Notes under the pieces: model-generated
Seen by the model: only the letters and a program-made list of their open reading frames with translations
What the model was told of the DNA's origin: nothing
Databases searched by the model: none
Assembly: GCA_963707025.1 (NCBI GenBank)
Contig: CAVPOM010000007.1
Location: 128,001 to 192,000, forward strand
DNA from: an uncultured Verrucomicrobiae bacterium
GTDB lineage: Bacteria > Verrucomicrobiota > Verrucomicrobiia > Limisphaerales > Palsa-1400
DNA: 64,000 nucleotides
Direction: 5' to 3'
Part shown: positions 59,251 through 64,000 of the stretch, one piece after another
Numbering within the stretch: position 1 is the stretch's first letter
Layout of the letters: the number at the start of each line of letters is the position of its first letter
Made by a program: the position numbers and the translations under genes

Positions 59251-60597
59251 TCACTGGCGGTCGAACAACATAAACGTCACCTCCGCCTCGCTCACCGTCT
59301 CGCCGTCCACCGAGCACACGCCCTTGGCCTTGCCGATTTTGCCGCGCGATTTGGTCAGCTCGACCGTGATCACCAGCACGTCGCCGGGACGCACCGGCTT
59401 GCGCCAGCGCACGCTCTCGGCGGACATGAAGTAGGCCAGCTTGCCAAAATTCTCCGCCTGCCGCAGCATCATCACCCCGGCCACCTGCGCGATCGCTTCC
59501 AATTGCAGCACTCCCGGCATGATGGGATGATTGGGAAAATGACCCTGAAAATAAGGCTCGTTGCTGGTCACATTCTTGACACCAACAATTTTTGTTCCCT
59601 CGATCTTCGTGATCTTGTCCACCATCAGGAAGGGATAGCGATGGGGGAGAATCTTCATCAGCCGCGCCGTGTCCAGCGCCTCGCCTTCCTTCAGCTCAAT
59701 AGGGGCTTCGCCGGGAGCGCCGGGGGCGGGCGGGGGCGGCGCGAAACTCCGGGCCGCCTCCAGCGGTTTGCGCATTTCCAGGCCGATCAGGCGCGCCAAT
59801 TCGCAGTTGGCCGCGTGCCCCGGCTTGACCGCGATGACGTGGGCGGAGAGCGGCGCGCCCGCCAGCGAAAGATCGCCGATCAGATCCAGGATCTTGTGCC
59901 GCACAAATTCCTCCGGATACCGCAGCGGCTCGGTCGTCAACACGGCGTCGTCCCGGATGACCACGGCGTTTTCCAGGCTCCCGCCCCGGATCAAACCGTT
60001 TTTGATCAGCGCCTCGATCTCCTCGAAATAACAGAAGGTGCGCGCATGGCCCAGGTCGCGCTCCCAGGTTTCCGGCGTCACTTCCACGGTATAGAACTGG
60101 GTGTGGCGCCCCCGCCCGTCGGCGCTGGTGCAGGTGATCTTGAAGCCGTCGTGCGGAAAAACCGACAGGGTCGTCTCGCCCCGCTCCAGGCAAATCGGGC
60201 TTTGCACCCGGTAAACCTCCCGCGGCTCGTCCTGCGCCGCCACCCCCGCGTCCTGGATCATTTTCATGTAGGGCCGCGCGCTGCCGTCGCCGATGGGCGG
60301 TTCGTTGGCGTCCAATTCCACGATCACGTTGTCAATGTCCCGCCCGGCAAACGCCGCCAGAACATGCTCCACCGTCTGAATTTTGACATTGCCGTGCGAC
60401 AAGGCGGTGGAGCGCGTGGTGGTGCTGACGTTTTCGATGCCGGCTTCCACCTCCGGCATCCCCTCCAAATCCACCCGGCGAAAACGCACGCCGCTGTTCG
60501 GCGGGGCCGGAAGAAAAGTCATGTTGACACGATTTCCGCTATGCAGGCCGATCCCGGAAAAACTCGCCGGCTGGCGCAGAGTTTGTTGATGTAACAC
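59251..60597 (-). CDS. lpxC: Bifunctional LpxC-FabZ
   Basis: SGIGLHSG, TVEHVLAA, ARTF, HKILDLIGDL, then LPHRYPFL.VD and HFP..PIMPGVL.LEA. Confidence 0.96.
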   Translation of the reverse strand: MLHQQTLRQPASFSGIGLHSGNRVNMTFLPAPPNSGVRFRRVDLEGMPEVEAGIENVSTTTRSTALSHGNVKIQTVEHVLAAFAGRDIDNVIVELDANEPPIGDGSARPYMKMIQDAGVAAQDEPREVYRVQSPICLERGETTLSVFPHDGFKITCTSADGRGRHTQFYTVEVTPETWERDLGHARTFCYFEEIEALIKNGLIRGGSLENAVVIRDDAVLTTEPLRYPEEFVRHKILDLIGDLSLAGAPLSAHVIAVKPGHAANCELARLIGLEMRKPLEAARSFAPPPPAPGAPGEAPIELKEGEALDTARLMKILPHRYPFLMVDKITKIEGTKIVGVKNVTSNEPYFQGHFPNHPIMPGVLQLEAIAQVAGVMMLRQAENFGKLAYFMSAESVRWRKPVRPGDVLVITVELTKSRGKIGKAKGVCSVDGETVSEAEVTFMLFDRQ

Positions 60598-60647
60598 CCA
60601 GAAATTAAACCAAATCCGCCCGCCCCTTGGCAAGCGCCTATCTCACC

Positions 60648-61859
60648 CTATCGCAGCCTCAGGTAAATACACTTGAGATACTCCCCCTCCGCAAATGTGA
60701 CCGGATGATCCGGGGCATGGCCCGTCGTGCGCCATTCCTCGAAGCCACGCCCGCTTTGGCGCGCCGCCTCCCGCGCCAGACCGAAGAAGTCCGCGGCGGA
60801 AACGTGGGCGGAGCACGACGCCGCCACCAGCATGCCGTTCGGGTTCAATCGCTCCATCGCCCCCGTCAGCAGCCGCCCATAAGCGCCCATCGCCTCTGCG
60901 CGCTCGGACTGGCGCCTGGCCAGCGCGGGCGGGTCCAGCACAATCAAATCAAACCGCCGCGCCGCCGCGCCGCGCAACCAGGAAAAGACATCCGCCTGCG
61001 CCTTTTCGTGCGGGCAACCCGCCACCGCCGGAAGATTCCGGTTCAAGGCAAAATTCCGCTCCGCCGCCGCCAGCGCTGGCCGGCTGATGTCCACGCTGCA
61101 AACCGAGGCCGCCCCGCCGCGCGCCGCATAGAGCGAAAAGCCCCCCGAGTAGCTGAACAAATTCAACACCCTCCCTCCGGCGGCCAGCGGTTCCACCTGC
61201 CGGCGATTCTCCCGTTGATCCAGAAAAAAACCCGTCTTCTGGCCGCGCAAAACATCCGCCTCAAACCGCAGTCCGCTTTCCTGAAAAACCACCGGCCCCT
61301 CCGGCGCCGCGCCGTGCAGCAGTTGGCCGTCTTCATACCCGAATTGCCGCGCCGCCGCTGTGGCGATATTCCTGCTCAAACGCAGCACGATGCGATTTTC
61401 CCCCGCCGCCAGAAGTTCCACCACTTCGCCCAGGCGCGGCAACCAGGCTGCCGTGTACAATTTCAGCGCCAGCGTCGTGCCGTACCGATCCAGCACCAGG
61501 CCCGGCCAGCCGTCGCTTTCCCCGTTAATGCAACGATACCCCGTCGTCTTCTCGTCGAACAGTCCGGCGCGCCGCGCCAGTGCTTCGTCCAAATGCCGCC
61601 GCCACCAATCCCGATCGAGCGGCTGCGGTTTGCCCGCATGGAGAATGCGAACGCGAATGGGCGAATCGGGATCAAACAAACCGGCGGCCAGAAACTCATT
61701 GTTCCGGTCATAAATGACGGCGAGTTCGCCGGTTTTGCCCGGACGATTCTGCCGGCGGACACTGGCGGCAAACAGCCACGGATGCCCTGCGCGCACGACA
61801 CTTTCCGCCGCCGCGGCCAGCCGCAGCCGCAACGCCGGATTTTTAGACTTGACGTTCAT
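60648..61859 (-). CDS. rlmI: RlmI-like class I SAM-dependent methyltransferase
   Basis: [54 protein letters not shown]. Confidence 0.85.
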   Translation of the reverse strand: MNVKSKNPALRLRLAAAAESVVRAGHPWLFAASVRRQNRPGKTGELAVIYDRNNEFLAAGLFDPDSPIRVRILHAGKPQPLDRDWWRRHLDEALARRAGLFDEKTTGYRCINGESDGWPGLVLDRYGTTLALKLYTAAWLPRLGEVVELLAAGENRIVLRLSRNIATAAARQFGYEDGQLLHGAAPEGPVVFQESGLRFEADVLRGQKTGFFLDQRENRRQVEPLAAGGRVLNLFSYSGGFSLYAARGGAASVCSVDISRPALAAAERNFALNRNLPAVAGCPHEKAQADVFSWLRGAAARRFDLIVLDPPALARRQSERAEAMGAYGRLLTGAMERLNPNGMLVAASCSAHVSAADFFGLAREAARQSGRGFEEWRTTGHAPDHPVTFAEGEYLKCIYLRLR

Positions 61860-63259
61860 CCCATGACCAATTTCTTGATCAGGCCGCAAACTTCGGTGGA
61901 ATCAATTTCCGCCGGCAGCGGCGCCGGCGGGGATTCGCAGACGAAAATCGGACGCCCGGCCCGGTCCGCCGCGCGCCGGCCGTGCGAGCCTTTCACCAGG
62001 CTCGCATCCAGCGGGATGACCTCCAGCAGGGTGCGAAATCCCAGGTTCTGGCGCAGCAGCCGCCAGAGGATGCGCCATTTCAGGAGGGGAATTTTTGGAT
62101 CCAGGAAAAGTTCCACCGGATCAAATCCCGGTTTGCGATGAATGTCCACGCACCGCGCAAAGTCCGGCGCGCGCGCGTCTTCCAGCCAGTAATAGTAGGT
62201 GAACCACGCTCCCTCCGCCGCCACGGCCACCAAATCCCCCGCCCGGGCGTGCTGGATGCCCCAGGCGGTTTTCTCCGCCGCGCCCAGCAGGGTCTCGACG
62301 CCGGGTTCGCTCTGCAAAACGTCGCGCACGGCCCGTTCCAGGGAAGGGTCATTCAGATAAATATGCGCGACCTGGTGATCGGCCACGGCAAAGACTTTGC
62401 TCGCGCCGCAATCCAGCACTTCCAATCCCAGTTCGTCCTTCACCCTCAGCCAGCCCTTTTGCCGGAAGAGGCGGTTCAAATGAACCGGCCGGTCCACCGC
62501 GGTCACGCCGTATTCGGAGAGCAGAATAATCTGCACTCCGTGGTCGCGAAAAAAGGAAATCAAATCGCCGGCCACGCCGTCAATCCGCGCCAGATCGTCG
62601 CACCGGCCCGTGCGGACCGCCTCTGGCCCGTGCCGCTGCAAATTGTAGTCCAGGTGCGGCAGGTAGATGAGGCTGAGGGTGGGCGCGTATTTGTTTTCGA
62701 TCCATTGGGCCGCCGCGGCGATCCACCGCGAGGCCGCGTCCGCGCTGCCTTGCGGGGAAGTCACGCCCGCCGCCGGACCCCAGAAGGCCGGGAAGGGAAA
62801 CTCCCCCAAGTCCCGTTTGATTTCCTCCCGCATGCCGGAAGGCGAGGTATAAATGTCAAAAATCTTGCGGCCGTCGGCGGGGTAGATCGGGCGCGGCGTG
62901 ATGGAGTAATCCACCGTCGCATACATGTTGTGCCACCAAAACAATTGCGCGCAGGTGAATGGGGGGCCGCTTGGCCGCAGTTGCTCCCAAATTTTCGGGG
63001 CGGCCACCAGATGGTTGGATTGTTTCCAAAACAGGACTTCGGCCAGCTCGCGGTCATACCAGCCGTTGGCCACGATGCCGTGGCGGGCGGGGGTCGCGCC
63101 TGTCAAGTAATTGGATTGGGCCGTGCAGGTCACCGCCGGAAAAGCCGGGACGATGGACGCCCTGGCCCCCTGGCCGAGGAATTGCGCCAGGCGCGGCGTG
63201 GCCGGACCGAGGAGCGATTCGGTCAGCCCGACCACGTTGATGACCGCCGTGCGTTTCAA
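61856..63259 (-). CDS. eboF: Alkaline-phosphatase-superfamily nucleotide pyrophosphatase, EboF-like
   Basis: [55 protein letters not shown]. Confidence 0.8.
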   Translation of the reverse strand: MKRTAVINVVGLTESLLGPATPRLAQFLGQGARASIVPAFPAVTCTAQSNYLTGATPARHGIVANGWYDRELAEVLFWKQSNHLVAAPKIWEQLRPSGPPFTCAQLFWWHNMYATVDYSITPRPIYPADGRKIFDIYTSPSGMREEIKRDLGEFPFPAFWGPAAGVTSPQGSADAASRWIAAAAQWIENKYAPTLSLIYLPHLDYNLQRHGPEAVRTGRCDDLARIDGVAGDLISFFRDHGVQIILLSEYGVTAVDRPVHLNRLFRQKGWLRVKDELGLEVLDCGASKVFAVADHQVAHIYLNDPSLERAVRDVLQSEPGVETLLGAAEKTAWGIQHARAGDLVAVAAEGAWFTYYYWLEDARAPDFARCVDIHRKPGFDPVELFLDPKIPLLKWRILWRLLRQNLGFRTLLEVIPLDASLVKGSHGRRAADRAGRPIFVCESPPAPLPAEIDSTEVCGLIKKLVMG

Positions 63260-63269
63260 GGGGGCTGAT

Positions 63270-64000
63270 TCACTGGCGCCGCGCGCACAGGATTTTCCCC
63301 GCCTGGCGGGCCTGGCGCTGCTGCAATTGGTGGATGGCGTCGAGCATTCCGGGCAGGCTCACCTGATGGATTTCCACCGGCCGGCCAATGTCCTGGAGCA
63401 TGGTCAGGCTCAATTCCCCGCCCAGGTGTTCGCGAAATTCCTCCAACCCCTGCAGCAGCACTCGCTGCTGATCGGAGTCCAGATAAAGCATCTCGTTGGC
63501 GAACAAGGCAAAGCCCAGCGCCTCCAGCAGCGACAGCGCCCGTTCCGCCGCCGCCGCGCCGAGCAGGCCCGCCTGGCGCGAATAGACCACATCCAGCGCC
63601 ATCCCCGCCGCCACCGCTTCCCCATGCCGGATATTATAGTCGGAAAGCTGCTCCAGCTTGTGCGCCGCCCAATGCCCGAAATCCAGCGGCCGGGCCGCGC
63701 CGGTCTCGAAAGCATCGCCGCCCGAGGCGATGTGATCCATGTGCAGTTCCGCGCAACGGCGGATCATCTCCCGCATGGCCGCCGGCGCAAACGCCGCCAA
63801 CGGAGCCGCCTCGCGCTCCAGTTGCTCGAAAAAATCGCGGTCCCGAATCAGCGCGACCTTGACCGCCTCCGCGCCGCCCGCGCGTTTGTCGCGATCGGAC
63901 AGGGAGGAGAGCATTTCAAAATCATTGATCACCGCATAAGGCGGGGCAAAGGTGCCGATGAAATTCTTTTTGCCAAAGGCGTTGATCCCGTTTTTCACGC
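63270..64000 (-). CDS. eboD: 3-dehydroquinate-synthase-like sugar phosphate cyclase, EboD-like (5' end outside window)
   Basis: KNGIN.FGKKNF.GTFAPP, AEAVKVALI, ARPLDFGHWAAHKLE, GLEEFREHLGG. Confidence 0.8.
   Translation of the reverse strand, partial: VKNGINAFGKKNFIGTFAPPYAVINDFEMLSSLSDRDKRAGGAEAVKVALIRDRDFFEQLEREAAPLAAFAPAAMREMIRRCAELHMDHIASGGDAFETGAARPLDFGHWAAHKLEQLSDYNIRHGEAVAAGMALDVVYSRQAGLLGAAAAERALSLLEALGFALFANEMLYLDSDQQRVLLQGLEEFREHLGGELSLTMLQDIGRPVEIHQVSLPGMLDAIHQLQQRQARQAGKILCARRQ

Overview
GC-rich bacterial chromosomal segment, most consistent with Verrucomicrobiota subdivision 3 (Limisphaerales/Pedosphaerales-like). This is inferred from the fused lpxC-fabZ, the gene families and the intergenic repeat types. 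Isolated single-base frameshifts occur in otherwise intact genes and are dense in nadB, which points to long-read or low-coverage consensus errors. Content: (1) housekeeping genes nadB, moaA, aroC, aroB, recN, lpxC-fabZ, lpxA and rlmI-like; (2) two MlaFED/MCE lipid-transport operons, one preceded by an HpnN-like MMPL transporter and an unknown aromatic-rich exported protein; (3) a ynbA/ynbB-like phospholipid trio; (4) a Tmk-Tmk-ROK-Ppx operon; (5) a plant-type L-arabinokinase-like kinase with a nucleotidyltransferase; (6) about nine secreted carbohydrate-active genes; (7) the end of an ebo cluster; (8) five small toxin-antitoxin-like pairs and one orphan antitoxin; (9) a complete IS630 element, a MITE-like element and many short repeats. 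No rRNA, tRNA or CRISPR array was seen. Most interesting signals: a four-helix-bundle (IVS/bAvd-like) gene inside the lpx operon, bracketed by inverted 7-mer tandem arrays, with solo 7-mer arrays at many other gene boundaries; a structured candidate sRNA next to a beta-CASP nuclease; the paired Tmk paralogs (one with P-loop K-to-R) linked to Ppx; and a recurrent leaderless promoter layout.
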